Shown: positions 16,357 to 26,471 of the stretch, one piece after another | Numbering within the stretch: the stretch's first letter is position 1 | Layout: every line of letters begins with the position of its first letter | Origin: a virus | Taxonomy: Duplodnaviria; Caudoviricetes | DNA: 64,000 nucleotides | Virus record (IMG/VR): IMGVR_UViG_3300010882_000013 | Span: 1,164 to 65,163 of that record | Reading direction: 5' to 3' (one strand) | The notes under the pieces: generated by a model | The model's database searches: none | What the model was told of the DNA's origin: nothing | Seen by the model: the letters and a program-made list of their open reading frames with translations, nothing else | Translations under genes and position numbers: made by a program

Positions 16357-19128
16357 TTGTTAGTCGATGACAGCACAAGAGATTACAATAATGTTCAGGG
16401 TATAACGTACAAAGAGGCTGCTGATTTAATGCAACAACAAGAGTACATTGTAGGTGAAAGAGCAGGTAAAGGATTTACTTCCCAAGATGCCTGTATCGAG
16501 TTTGCCCACAATAACCACATGGACGTTATTGTATATATGAAATCGTTGGGCACTTACAGAAGTGTCAATCATCGTGGGGATTCTTTAACTCACGCAGAAT
16601 GGAAACGTCTGTATAAAGACATACTATTCTATACTTATGAGGATGATAACGGAGATGTCCGTAAGGCACAATACACTGCGGACAATTATGCCCAATTAAG
16701 TAAGGCTAGGATCTATGGTGAAGCAAGTGATGGTAAGTATACTCCGCTTTATTACCGTGACTATTTCGTTCCTAGTGGGTATTTCAATAGCGAGAATGGT
16801 CTTTTCAACATCGCTCGACCATTCAATACCTTTGCAAAAGAAACTCATGCTGACACGAGTGCTATTCATACTCTGTTGCGCCACCTTGCTGGTGAATGTT
16901 ATCCTCATCTTTTGTCTTGGTTACGACATAAGCTAATATACCCTACCCAGAAGACAGAGGTAATACCAGTGTTCACTGGTGAGCAGGGGACAGGTAAGAG
17001 CACATTCGGAGAAGTAATATGTAAGGCACTGTTTGGAAAGGACAACGTGATAGTCAGCTATCAGTACGATAGTACGTCACGGTTCAATTCTGATCAGGCA
17101 GATGCTTTAGTCGTATGTATAGAGGAAAAGACACAAGAGGATGCACGTAATACTTCTGGAGCATTAAAGAGTTCAGCGACTGCTACACAAGTACGTAAAG
17201 AGAATAAGGGTGTTGATCCTTATTATCAGGATAGTTATACCGACTTTGTGTTATCAACCAATGAGTTTGTCCCGGTTAAGTTTGAGGGCAGAGGGAACCA
17301 ACGGAGGTTTATGATCATGGAAGTTGATCCTGACTTCACACGAGAACGATCACAATTAGCTGATGAGGTATTTACAAAACTCTATGGCTATAATGCAAGA
17401 GGTGAACGTGTTGGAAAAGGGATGATTGAAGATAAAGCAATGATTGAGCAGTTTAAGTTTGAGCTACTCAATAAGGCCAATAATGTAAACTATCGTGACT
17501 TCCCTCATACTGATGCATATCAACGATGCTTTAATATTCCACGCACCGGAGAGGCTGTGGAGGTTGAAACTACAATAAAGGCTCTAGCGCCTTTCATTAA
17601 GGCATCTCTTGAGCAACGTAAAGAGGTTACACGAATCGTATTAAAAGATGATGATGGTCAACTTAATGTCAGTGATCTTGATGGAGTAGTAGCAGACTGT
17701 AATGCAATAGAGTTTATCGCAGCAAAGTTAGGACGTAATAATAGGGTCGCTGTGTGTAAGGCTTTAACATTTGTCGATAGGCAAGGTAGACCATATAGTC
17801 CATCTGTAGTAGAACGTATTCTATTAGATATGCGTACATGGTTGCGTGATGAATATGATCTTGTCTTATTAGGGAATACTAGTGCTCCTGCTCGCGGGTT
17901 CAGGGGCATTACAACTAAATTAAAGCACTCACCCGCAGCGTGGTTTATCTTAAAGAGTGAGCAGGATGAAGATGATAAGTATTATCTTGATACTCTGGAT
18001 GATCCCATCATTCGTACTAACAGTAATAATACTAATTCTACTATTGCGGTTAAAGAACAAGGAGAAGAAATAGATGAGTTACGACAACGAGAACAACCTA
18101 GTTCTGATAATGATACTGATAGCAGTCCTAGTACAGACATGCGACATCAGAACGATCAAAGACAAGGTGAACGTGTTAAGTACAACGGTCAATTCCTCTT
18201 TGATCCAGCAGGAGAATTCGAGACCTTAAATGAAATACTTCCAGAGCATATTGAAGCATGTAAGAGCTGCTCTCCAAGTATGACTAGGTGTAAGGCATGC
18301 CCACATAATCGGCGTAAAAATAATGCTGCTTATATAGATACATTTTTACTCGAAGCTGATGCTGTACCGGCACAAATTGAAGCAATGGAAATTAAGCGAG
18401 CAGAGGATACAACTCGACTAAAGAAAGAGTCTATAAACGCAGAACTGTTCTATAAGGAGCGATTGAAGATTCAAGACAGTGAAGCAGAGCGGCTGTTCAA
18501 AGCGGGTACGGTATGCCGTGTTGTGTATTCAGGAAGTAAGTCTATACATTTGCTCATTCGTGTAAAGGATAGTCCAACCAACTTAGAAGAACGAGCATGG
18601 CTAGATGCTTATCTTAAAGCAACGGTGTCGGATAGACTAATCTTTGATCAATCTACTAAAGATCCTACGCGCTTGACTCGAAGTCCAATTACTAAAGAAC
18701 GTACTACCTACTATAAAGATAATAAGTTCAAGATTATAGGTACTCAAAGATTATTAGTAGAGGATTGGAATAACTTATACGACATAAATTGGAGGGGCAT
18801 ATATGAAGCGTGGAAGGCTGCACCACCTACATCATACGAACAAAGAGGACGGATGCTACCTGCAAAGCCGATCTACCACGAGGCTACTAAGAGCATACTC
18901 ACAGGCGATTACTTCACTAACAAACGATGGACAGGCATTAGACAAGAAACATTCTTCCCCGCCTATCGGTTGCTACGTGCTATGGGGTACTCGCATGATG
19001 AGCTATGGAAAGAGCTTGACGTTCAGATTGACAGTTACAGTAAAATAAATGAACGAGACTATTGGCGTACACGTAAGTCCAGTGAGATAATTAAATCTAT
19101 AGATAAGGAGTTCGATCAAGATGTCTAA
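16357..19128 (+). CDS. SF3/D5-like (DUF5906-type) helicase fused to a C-terminal AEP primase-like domain
   Basis: Walker A GEQGTGKS, Walker B CIEE, TN motif; C-terminal FLLEAD, YSGSKSIH, FDQSTKDPTRLTR; TTG start with GGGAGG SD. Confidence 0.75.
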   Translation: MLVDDSTRDYNNVQGITYKEAADLMQQQEYIVGERAGKGFTSQDACIEFAHNNHMDVIVYMKSLGTYRSVNHRGDSLTHAEWKRLYKDILFYTYEDDNGDVRKAQYTADNYAQLSKARIYGEASDGKYTPLYYRDYFVPSGYFNSENGLFNIARPFNTFAKETHADTSAIHTLLRHLAGECYPHLLSWLRHKLIYPTQKTEVIPVFTGEQGTGKSTFGEVICKALFGKDNVIVSYQYDSTSRFNSDQADALVVCIEEKTQEDARNTSGALKSSATATQVRKENKGVDPYYQDSYTDFVLSTNEFVPVKFEGRGNQRRFMIMEVDPDFTRERSQLADEVFTKLYGYNARGERVGKGMIEDKAMIEQFKFELLNKANNVNYRDFPHTDAYQRCFNIPRTGEAVEVETTIKALAPFIKASLEQRKEVTRIVLKDDDGQLNVSDLDGVVADCNAIEFIAAKLGRNNRVAVCKALTFVDRQGRPYSPSVVERILLDMRTWLRDEYDLVLLGNTSAPARGFRGITTKLKHSPAAWFILKSEQDEDDKYYLDTLDDPIIRTNSNNTNSTIAVKEQGEEIDELRQREQPSSDNDTDSSPSTDMRHQNDQRQGERVKYNGQFLFDPAGEFETLNEILPEHIEACKSCSPSMTRCKACPHNRRKNNAAYIDTFLLEADAVPAQIEAMEIKRAEDTTRLKKESINAELFYKERLKIQDSEAERLFKAGTVCRVVYSGSKSIHLLIRVKDSPTNLEERAWLDAYLKATVSDRLIFDQSTKDPTRLTRSPITKERTTYYKDNKFKIIGTQRLLVEDWNNLYDINWRGIYEAWKAAPPTSYEQRGRMLPAKPIYHEATKSILTGDYFTNKRWTGIRQETFFPAYRLLRAMGYSHDELWKELDVQIDSYSKINERDYWRTRKSSEIIKSIDKEFDQDV

Positions 19129-19711
19129 AGACTTAAACATAAATGATCCAGTCTTTCAATATGTCCTTATAGATAAGCTACAACCGTATATTGTAGCTGC
19201 TCGTAAGTGGTGGAAAGAGAAAGAGGGTCATAGCTTCTTGACTACAAGTACATTTCCAATTAAGTGGGGGCCTCCAGGTTTTTATGAGAAGTGTACACGA
19301 TCACCACGTCAGTCACCAATATACGGTGTTCAAGCATTTCCTATAGTGGCAGTATCATTCTTAGATCTACCACGTATGGCGATGGGCGCTATGTCAGCAG
19401 TAGAGAAGATTGCAAAAGATGGACTGGAGATTGATGAGTTCATTGTAACTTCTAAGCAAGGGTTACAGAGCACAAGTAGATGTGGGTTATTTCTATGCTT
19501 AATACCAAAAGAAGAAATGAACCTACGAACACCGTCACGTTGGATCTACCTGAAACCAAATGATATACTCGAACTAGTAAATGGGTTCGTATCAGCCGAG
19601 CTTATTGAGCGGTTAATTCCTTTTGCTAAAGAGTATCGAGGAGAGGTTACATACGAAAAGCACGATGCAGCACAAGATCATTTGCATCGAACTGGTATAC
19701 CTAGTCATTAA
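19121..19711 (+). CDS. hypothetical protein
   Basis: 196-aa ORF overlapping the primase stop. Confidence 0.6.
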   Translation: MSKDLNINDPVFQYVLIDKLQPYIVAARKWWKEKEGHSFLTTSTFPIKWGPPGFYEKCTRSPRQSPIYGVQAFPIVAVSFLDLPRMAMGAMSAVEKIAKDGLEIDEFIVTSKQGLQSTSRCGLFLCLIPKEEMNLRTPSRWIYLKPNDILELVNGFVSAELIERLIPFAKEYRGEVTYEKHDAAQDHLHRTGIPSH

Positions 19712-19757
19712 CTCTCGTATGAGAGTTTAGTATAAGTTTCTATGAGGAGAAGAAGCC

Positions 19758-20528
19758 ATGGCGACAAATGCAAGCAGTCAGGGTCAAGCGCAGGGTGCAG
19801 CCGAAGCACAGGGTTCGGCAGAAGGAATTGAGTTTCTTAACCAATACGCTGGTGTAGGAACAAAGGACATAGGCCAAGAAGCAAAGTCAACGAATTACTT
19901 GTCGATTACCAATGCCCTATCTACTGATGCGAAAGCTAATGGAGCAGTAGATGGAGACTTCTACAACTCTGGGACTATGCACGTACTCGGTAAAGAGGTT
20001 AGGGTAGTGCTTGTTGCCTTCAAGACGGTGTGGGATGAGAAAGATGCATCCGGTAAAACGCTTGCTCGATATGAGAAAAAGAGTATTCCTGTTCAACTGG
20101 TGCCGCCTCCCCCCGGTAAAACTGGCTATCCGACAATGATTAACCCGGACACCGGAAATAAAATCGTTGAAACTTTTGCCTATGCTCTTGTGCTTCCAGA
20201 TGACTCATCTGCTGGTTTCGTAATGATGACGGCGGGTGTTGGAAGCATGAAAGCGTTCCGCAGATGGAACACTACGCTCGGACAGATACGGCTTCCCAAT
20301 GGGGATCAAGCTCCTATTTTTGCAAAGATATGGAAGCTCGTATCGGGGAAGCGAATCTCGCGTACTACCGGGAAAGAGTTCTATGGACTCGAATCAGTTG
20401 TTGACAGTGGCAATATAAATAGCGAAATGTTCAACACCCTGATACTCCCGGCCCGTCAGCAGTCAACACAATTCCTCTTAGCTGCTCCTGATTCTGAACC
20501 TGTAGATGCTACAGGAGATGCAGAGTAG
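19758..20528 (+). CDS. phage ssDNA-binding/annealing-like replication protein
   Basis: position in replication module; acidic C-terminus; GAGGAG SD; family not firmly recognised. Confidence 0.45.
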   Translation: MATNASSQGQAQGAAEAQGSAEGIEFLNQYAGVGTKDIGQEAKSTNYLSITNALSTDAKANGAVDGDFYNSGTMHVLGKEVRVVLVAFKTVWDEKDASGKTLARYEKKSIPVQLVPPPPGKTGYPTMINPDTGNKIVETFAYALVLPDDSSAGFVMMTAGVGSMKAFRRWNTTLGQIRLPNGDQAPIFAKIWKLVSGKRISRTTGKEFYGLESVVDSGNINSEMFNTLILPARQQSTQFLLAAPDSEPVDATGDAE

Positions 20529-20537
20529 CTTTGACAT

Positions 20538-20569
20538 TAGACGAAGGGGATTTATTTCCCCTTCGTCTA
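20538..20569 (+). terminator. stem-loop terminator candidate
   Basis: TAGACGAAGGGGA/TCCCCTTCGTCTA 13-bp stem; a TTATGATCATAA palindrome follows at 20577-20588. Confidence 0.65.
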
Positions 20570-20628
20570 TGCCAGATTATGATCATAATTCGCATATAGT
20601 AAAGGAAAATATATAAGGAGTCTGAGCA

Positions 20629-20988
20629 ATGGAAAAAGAATCGGAAGAAGTTGGAAAAAAATACGACTCCGGTAAGCTACGTTGGAATACCATGCAGCCA
20701 CTGTTCAAAGAGCTAGAACAAGTTGTACAAATACTTGATGAAGGCATTGATAAATATAGCCTAAATAATTGGCAGTCTGTTAAGCCATTTGAAGAGCGGT
20801 ACTCTAACGCACTGATGCGTCATGTTGTTGCATATATGGAAGGTGAGTATAAGGATCAAGAATCTGGACATGCTCACTTGGCACACGCTATCTGTAATTG
20901 TTTATTTCTTATGTGGGGATATGACATACAGGAGATACAAGAAAATGGAAAAACCAACAAAGATAGAGTCACATTATCATCTACCTAA
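20629..20988 (+). CDS. dATP/dGTP diphosphohydrolase domain protein (DUF5664-like)
   Basis: GKKYDSGKLRW...KY..NNW...ALMRH...ESGHAHLAHAICN pattern. Confidence 0.85.
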   Translation: MEKESEEVGKKYDSGKLRWNTMQPLFKELEQVVQILDEGIDKYSLNNWQSVKPFEERYSNALMRHVVAYMEGEYKDQESGHAHLAHAICNCLFLMWGYDIQEIQENGKTNKDRVTLSST

Positions 20989-21246
20989 TACCTGTTGTGC
21001 TACGTGTAAGTATGCACGGTATAATAGTTATAATGATAGTGTCTGTGACTTGTTACAATCTGGCAATACAATAGATGCTGGAGGAATATGCGATTATCAT
21101 ACACCGGAGGCTTCAATTGGAACAAATAACCCGATGTAACTTATGTAAGCATTATAGCGGAACTGTTGTACAGTATATAAATTGTCCAGCAGTTGTTCAT
21201 TGTAAAGAGTTAGGTACAATACAACCGAGTACCTTACCATATCCTT

Positions 21247-23106
21247 GTGCATTTTGGGAGAGCAGAGATAATGTCACAATCAATCCTAGCCGTTGATATA
21301 GAGTGTCAAGAAACAAATCTCGAAGATCTAGGGCCTGGAGATATACGTCAAGACGGAGGGGTTCTATCAGTCGCTTTCGCTGATGAGACAGGTTCATTGG
21401 TCTTGAACCCTGGAGTACCAGATGATCTTGCGACTATTAAAAAATTATTAGCAGATCCAACAACGACAAAAGTAATGCACAACGCGGTCTACGATGCTAC
21501 ATGGTTGCAAAATGGATTAAAACTACAGATCAATGGTAAGATAGATGATACAATGACAAGAGAGGGTCTGATCAATGAGTATTCAGGACAGTATGATCTT
21601 GACAGTTGCTGTTTACGTGAGCACGTAGAAGGTAAGAACTATGCTGACACGATTGATATGTGGTGGCAATCGCACGGTGGTACTGGTAAGGCTATTGCTA
21701 ATCTTGCTCTTATTCCGTCAGAGATACGCAATAAATACAATGTACAAGATGCGAAGGCTACACTGCAATTATATAATAATCAACAGCCTAAGATCAACTC
21801 TATGCGCTTACAAGAGGTTAATGATCTTGAGTGTGCTCAATATCCTATTATCCTTGAGATGCGTAAGAATGGAATCAGAGTTGATGTCCCGAAAATAGAA
21901 CAGCTACGAATAGAGACCGAGCAGAAAGTTGCTGACGGTATGGAGGCGTTATATAAGGAATATGGATTAACATCCCTGACTAAGAAGAAAGGTCCAGGAA
22001 CTGTACCGTATGTCATTACATCATTGGGATTAGCTCCTATGTGTGATAGGACACCCGGAGGTGATCTTAGTGTTAGCACACAGTCACTCGCTAAAATTGA
22101 TCATCCGTTTGTTGATAAGCTTACTGAAATACAACGTGAGAACACGATGCTTATTAAGTATCTTAATTCAGCCTTCGTTGACTTCCGTATAGGAGATAGA
22201 ATACATGGTACGTTTACGCCTACGCTTAGGGACGAAGGGGGAACTATTACAGGCCGATACAGCAGTAAGCAACCAAACATGCAAAACTTCACATCACGCG
22301 AAGAAAAAGGAGGAGATCTTATACGATCTATCTTTTTGCCGGATGAAGGTTGCCTACTCGGTGCATTTGACTATAAGCAAATTGAGTATAGACTCCTTGC
22401 ACACTTTGCAATCGGCCCAGGCTCAGAAGAGCTTCGAGAGAATATTAGACGAGGTGCAGACTATCATAAACTCGTACAGTCAATGCTCGGATGGGATTTC
22501 CCGGACGCTCGTAAAGTCGTCAAAAACTTCAACTTTGGAATGATCTATGGCATGGGTTTGAATGGTTTCAAAAAGAAGTTCGCGGTGGAGGTTCGTAAGG
22601 CTGCTCGTGCAGTAGGAATGACAACTGATCAATACACTGAAAAGTATTATAATGAGTATATGCGAAGGATGACATTCATACGTCCTACTACTAATGCAAT
22701 ACAGGTACTTGCGAGGCAATATGGATCAATTAGGAGTGTGGGAGGAAGGATACATCGGCTTCCCCCAGATGGACGTGACTACGCTATTGTCAATTATCTC
22801 ATCCAAGGCAGCGCAGCGGACATCCTTAAAATGGGATTACGTGATGCTTGGAAGGCAGGTATCTTCAACGAGCTCAAGCTCCATCTTACCGTCCATGACG
22901 AGAACGTATTCTCAATACCTAGAACTAAAGCAGGAGTAGAAGCAGCGATTGAATTTAATGAATGTATGATTAACTGTGTTAAAGGATTAAAGATTCCGAT
23001 AGGTGTTGATACCGAGATAGGATCTAATTGGCACGATGTTAAAAGTCGTCATTTTATAGGATTACAAAACGATCTTAATTATGGATTACGGAGGTATGCA
23101 GCATGA
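21247..23106 (+). CDS. polA: family A DNA polymerase with 3'-5' exonuclease (likely start 21271)
   Basis: exo AVDIEC and MHNAVYD; motif A FDYKQIEYR; motif B KNFNFGMIYG; motif C TVHDE. Confidence 0.95.
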   Translation: MHFGRAEIMSQSILAVDIECQETNLEDLGPGDIRQDGGVLSVAFADETGSLVLNPGVPDDLATIKKLLADPTTTKVMHNAVYDATWLQNGLKLQINGKIDDTMTREGLINEYSGQYDLDSCCLREHVEGKNYADTIDMWWQSHGGTGKAIANLALIPSEIRNKYNVQDAKATLQLYNNQQPKINSMRLQEVNDLECAQYPIILEMRKNGIRVDVPKIEQLRIETEQKVADGMEALYKEYGLTSLTKKKGPGTVPYVITSLGLAPMCDRTPGGDLSVSTQSLAKIDHPFVDKLTEIQRENTMLIKYLNSAFVDFRIGDRIHGTFTPTLRDEGGTITGRYSSKQPNMQNFTSREEKGGDLIRSIFLPDEGCLLGAFDYKQIEYRLLAHFAIGPGSEELRENIRRGADYHKLVQSMLGWDFPDARKVVKNFNFGMIYGMGLNGFKKKFAVEVRKAARAVGMTTDQYTEKYYNEYMRRMTFIRPTTNAIQVLARQYGSIRSVGGRIHRLPPDGRDYAIVNYLIQGSAADILKMGLRDAWKAGIFNELKLHLTVHDENVFSIPRTKAGVEAAIEFNECMINCVKGLKIPIGVDTEIGSNWHDVKSRHFIGLQNDLNYGLRRYAA

Positions 23107-23241
23107 ACAAAGAAGATTATTCAGCACTGGAAGGATGTATATCTGTTGCCCTTACAGTATTGCTCAATGGATGTCAGTTTGGCGAAGCAGTCAAGGCTCT
23201 TGAGCAGGCACAGCGATTGATCGGAAAGATCGAGGTGAAGG

Positions 23242-23424
23242 ATGAGTTGGGAGACTGATTATACACAAGCGAACAAGGATACACCGGATGCAAAGAAAGC
23301 CGCGATGAAGCCACAAGATTGGTTTCGACTAGGCTGGCAATATGGTGCACAACAACGTATGAATCAAAGGCCATCGGCCTATGATCCAGTATATAATCCA
23401 AATGGAGCTACAGGAGGGTTTTAA
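23242..23424 (+). CDS. hypothetical protein
   Basis: 60-aa ORF coupled to the next gene. Confidence 0.45.
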   Translation: MSWETDYTQANKDTPDAKKAAMKPQDWFRLGWQYGAQQRMNQRPSAYDPVYNPNGATGGF

Positions 23425-23699
23425 TGGAAACAAAAGAGCATTGTAAAGATTGCTGTCATGACATGAGATGTGTTGAGGTATACAGGAAGACACAGTTTTG
23501 TCCAGTGGATAAACGAAAGAATATGCCTATATCTCTCATGCCTAAAAGATATCGTATCAGTAATACGTTTTTCGGCAATGCAGTTCATACCTGCGGGAAT
23601 AACCGTGTATGGAAGCAGACTAAGAATGTTAGCAAAGCATCTATACTTAACGGATTCATGTATGACAATTCAATAACGGAGGTATTAAATGTTAGATGA
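23424..23699 (+). CDS. Cys-rich hypothetical protein
   Basis: GGAGG SD; TAATG overlap. Confidence 0.5.
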   Translation: METKEHCKDCCHDMRCVEVYRKTQFCPVDKRKNMPISLMPKRYRISNTFFGNAVHTCGNNRVWKQTKNVSKASILNGFMYDNSITEVLNVR

Positions 23700-24300
23700 G
23701 TTCCTTAAACAAAAGCATACAGTACAGGAGTATATGAAACAAGTTCATGATATACTCCCTGCGGGCACAGAAAAACTATGGGAATGGGTCTGTAGTACAG
23801 ACTTCTTTATAGCACCTGCGAGTACGCAGTATCATGGTGCTGAACAGTTTGGGCTTGTCAAGCACAGCCTTGCTGTATGGTATGCACTAAAAGAAAAAAC
23901 ACAAGTGCTTATACCGGCTTCTGGTACACGAGATCTAGGTACAGATTCCTATGATCGAGATGGTTTAGTAGCCTCGATATTCCACGATGCCGTAAAGTGT
24001 AACCTTTACAGTCGTGTACAAAAATGGCGCAAGGATAAAAGTGGTAAATGGGAAGGGTATGATGGTTGGGAAGTAAACACAGATCTTATCCAACTCCCCC
24101 ATGGCTGTGAGTCATTACGCTTAATCGAAAAGTATTATACGTTTGAACATGAGTGCTGGGCTCAGGCAGTGGCGAATCATATGGGAACACCGGATGACTA
24201 TATCCAGAAGAAACAGTATTATCAGGCTATGGAAACATATCCAGAGGTACTGGCATTACATACAGCCGATGTATACGCTACGTTTATGATGGGGTATTGA
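23689..24300 (+). CDS. HD-domain phosphohydrolase
   Basis: FFIAPASTQYHG...GLVKHS, FHDAVK, NHMG, LHTAD. Confidence 0.85.
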   Translation: MLDEFLKQKHTVQEYMKQVHDILPAGTEKLWEWVCSTDFFIAPASTQYHGAEQFGLVKHSLAVWYALKEKTQVLIPASGTRDLGTDSYDRDGLVASIFHDAVKCNLYSRVQKWRKDKSGKWEGYDGWEVNTDLIQLPHGCESLRLIEKYYTFEHECWAQAVANHMGTPDDYIQKKQYYQAMETYPEVLALHTADVYATFMMGY

Positions 24301-24301
24301 A

Positions 24302-24499
24302 ATGACAGCAGGTCAAAAGATGGCAATAGCAGAATGGCTAGCAGGAAAGGAATTATCTAATCGTCTTTCTTTCCATGACGATTGTGGTCATCCTAATAAA
24401 CGTGTTATATGTAGCTCACGTATAGCTGATAAGTGTGTTGACAATCACAAACAAGCATGTCCATTTAGAGAAGGAGGTATATATGCCGAAAAAAGATGA
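24302..24499 (+). CDS. hypothetical protein
   Basis: 65-aa coupled ORF. Confidence 0.45.
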   Translation: MTAGQKMAIAEWLAGKELSNRLSFHDDCGHPNKRVICSSRIADKCVDNHKQACPFREGGIYAEKR

Positions 24500-24689
24500 T
24501 ATGACACTTAAAGATGCTCTCGATAAGATAGCACGCTGTTATGACATGCAGAGCAATGATAAGAACGAGTGCTTCCAACATGGCCTTAATCCAGAAACCT
24601 GTAAAGCCTGTGTCCATTTTGTAACACCGGGTACTGCATGGATGATGCTGGCTGCTCTAAGCAAAACATCTATAGCACCGAGGTAATAT

Positions 24690-25040
24690 ATGGCAGTAGC
24701 AACAGCACGAAGACAGACTAAAGGATTTAATCGAGAGGTTTTTGCACGTAGGCTATCAGTAGCGCGTCATGTTCGTGGGTTTAATCAAGCTCAATTAGCT
24801 CGTAAATCAGGGACTATTCAATCTTCAATATGTAAGTTTGAGACCGGAGAAAGATCTCCTAGTGTTGAAAACCTTTACGCTTTAGCCTCTGCTCTTTATG
24901 TATCATTGGACTATCTAGTAGGTAACACACCTGATGAGCAAGAATTAAATTGTTATGATGGGCTACAAGAAAAAGACATAACGTTGTTATGTTTGTTACA
25001 AGAAAATATGAGACAGTATAACGAGGAACTATATGAGTGA
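24690..25040 (+). CDS. XRE-family helix-turn-helix regulator
   Basis: FNQAQLARKSGTIQSSICKFETGERSPSVENLYALASAL. Confidence 0.9.
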   Translation: MAVATARRQTKGFNREVFARRLSVARHVRGFNQAQLARKSGTIQSSICKFETGERSPSVENLYALASALYVSLDYLVGNTPDEQELNCYDGLQEKDITLLCLLQENMRQYNEELYE

Positions 25041-25443
25041 CTTAAATTGTATTAGTTTAACAGGAAGACTTACACGAGACTCGGAACTAAAGTATTTCCC
25101 ATCCGGCACATCGTATTTATCATTTGACATAGCTAATAATACAGGCTATGGAAACTTTGCTAAAGTTAACTACTTCCATGTAATGCTCCTCGGCAAAAGT
25201 GCAGAAAGCATCAGACAATATATGCTCAAGGGTCAAATGATTGCACTGTTTGGAACATTAGAAACAGACGAGTGGACAGGTCGTGATGGAGCTAAACATA
25301 GAGATTGGAAGCTTACTACAACTAATGTACAATTAATCGGTAGTAGGAAACAAGAGGGAGGTAACGGAGGGAATGGGGCTTCTCATGACGATTATCCGAA
25401 TCCTCCAGATGTCTTAGATGAGGTATCTAATATAACCTTTTAA
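25033..25443 (+). CDS. ssb: single-stranded DNA-binding protein
   Basis: LNCISLTGRLTRDSELKY OB-fold start; acidic/ITF C-terminal tip. Confidence 0.92.
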   Translation: MSDLNCISLTGRLTRDSELKYFPSGTSYLSFDIANNTGYGNFAKVNYFHVMLLGKSAESIRQYMLKGQMIALFGTLETDEWTGRDGAKHRDWKLTTTNVQLIGSRKQEGGNGGNGASHDDYPNPPDVLDEVSNITF

Positions 25444-25618
25444 TGCGTGTACATTTAGTATATGTAGGATGCGCCCCGGCTCAAGCTCCTGATCAATATT
25501 TTTATCATGGGCTAACCGAGACCGGAGTTGCATTTGATTTTTATGATTCGAGCTACATTAAAGAAGAAGAAATTATTATTGATGATAGCACGTTATTACC
25601 TTATTTACAGGAAGGAGA

Positions 25619-25936
25619 ATGGATATGAACAATGTATCAGCAGTTAAGATCGCATTTCCAGATGGCTACAACACATTTATAGTTGGAATGAAGCCTGCTG
25701 TATGGGAACTAAATGATGGAAAGGTTATACGTATAGACACGTTTCCTGAACCACAACCAGATTGCATCGTATATTTTGAGGACGGGACACATATGAGAGC
25801 CTGCGGATTTCCATTTATGCATATTTGTACAACTACATACGAAGAACCAGAACAAGATAGTCAAGGAGATCCAGAAGGAGATCTAGGAGATCTAGGAGAT
25901 CAAGGAGATCCAGAATTGCCAGATGCTCATGAGTAG
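25619..25936 (+). CDS. hypothetical protein with an acidic (xGD)n tail
   Basis: 9-nt GGAGATCYA-type repeats at about 25864-25915. Confidence 0.55.
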   Translation: MDMNNVSAVKIAFPDGYNTFIVGMKPAVWELNDGKVIRIDTFPEPQPDCIVYFEDGTHMRACGFPFMHICTTTYEEPEQDSQGDPEGDLGDLGDQGDPELPDAHE

Positions 25937-26055
25937 TGAAAGCCTAAAGGAGCTCGCTAACGCAGTATTCAACCAATGGGAAAAAGATGGTTACCCCGAA
26001 GATTTCAATAAGCAAGATAAAGACATGTACGATTTTCTTCGGGGTATAGATGATG

Positions 26056-26463
26056 CTAAACAAGCACCCTATAACTATCGGGGGTATACGAATCAGCAGT
26101 CGGACGATTAGGATCAAGGCTATCCCATCGTTTGCCGTTCTCTATTAATGTAAAATGAGTATACATTGGCTTTTTACCACATACAATGTATATACTAAGA
26201 TCGGGTTTATTATCAGATTTTGAAATAACACGATATGCATTTTGTCCGCATACAAGATTAGCTAATCCTACAGGATCAATTACTGTGCAATCTTGTTCTA
26301 CAAACTTTTTATAACGTGCCACATAATACCACATCATTGCATCATCTTCTGAAAGATTTAATTGTTGCTGTATCTCAACCTGACGTAGAATATCGAAAAA
26401 GTAACATCCGCAATCTTTAAGAGATGGAATGAGGCAACGAGACTGAATACCCTGTGCTAACAT
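26056..26463 (-). CDS. DUF261-like papain-fold peptidase, probable endolysin
   Basis: GCYFF Cys motif, THF His motif, WDSL; last gene of the lysis region; family recognised from memory. Confidence 0.55.
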   Translation of the reverse strand: MLAQGIQSRCLIPSLKDCGCYFFDILRQVEIQQQLNLSEDDAMMWYYVARYKKFVEQDCTVIDPVGLANLVCGQNAYRVISKSDNKPDLSIYIVCGKKPMYTHFTLIENGKRWDSLDPNRPTADSYTPDSYRVLV

Positions 26464-26471
26464 ATTATCCC

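Noticed and set aside
20629-24300. 2-aminoadenine (Z) or 7-deazaguanine genome system
   Set aside because: No PurZ, DpdA, FolE, QueD or QueC-like ORF is recognisable. The radical-SAM genes sit in a sugar-enzyme context rather than a Que pathway.
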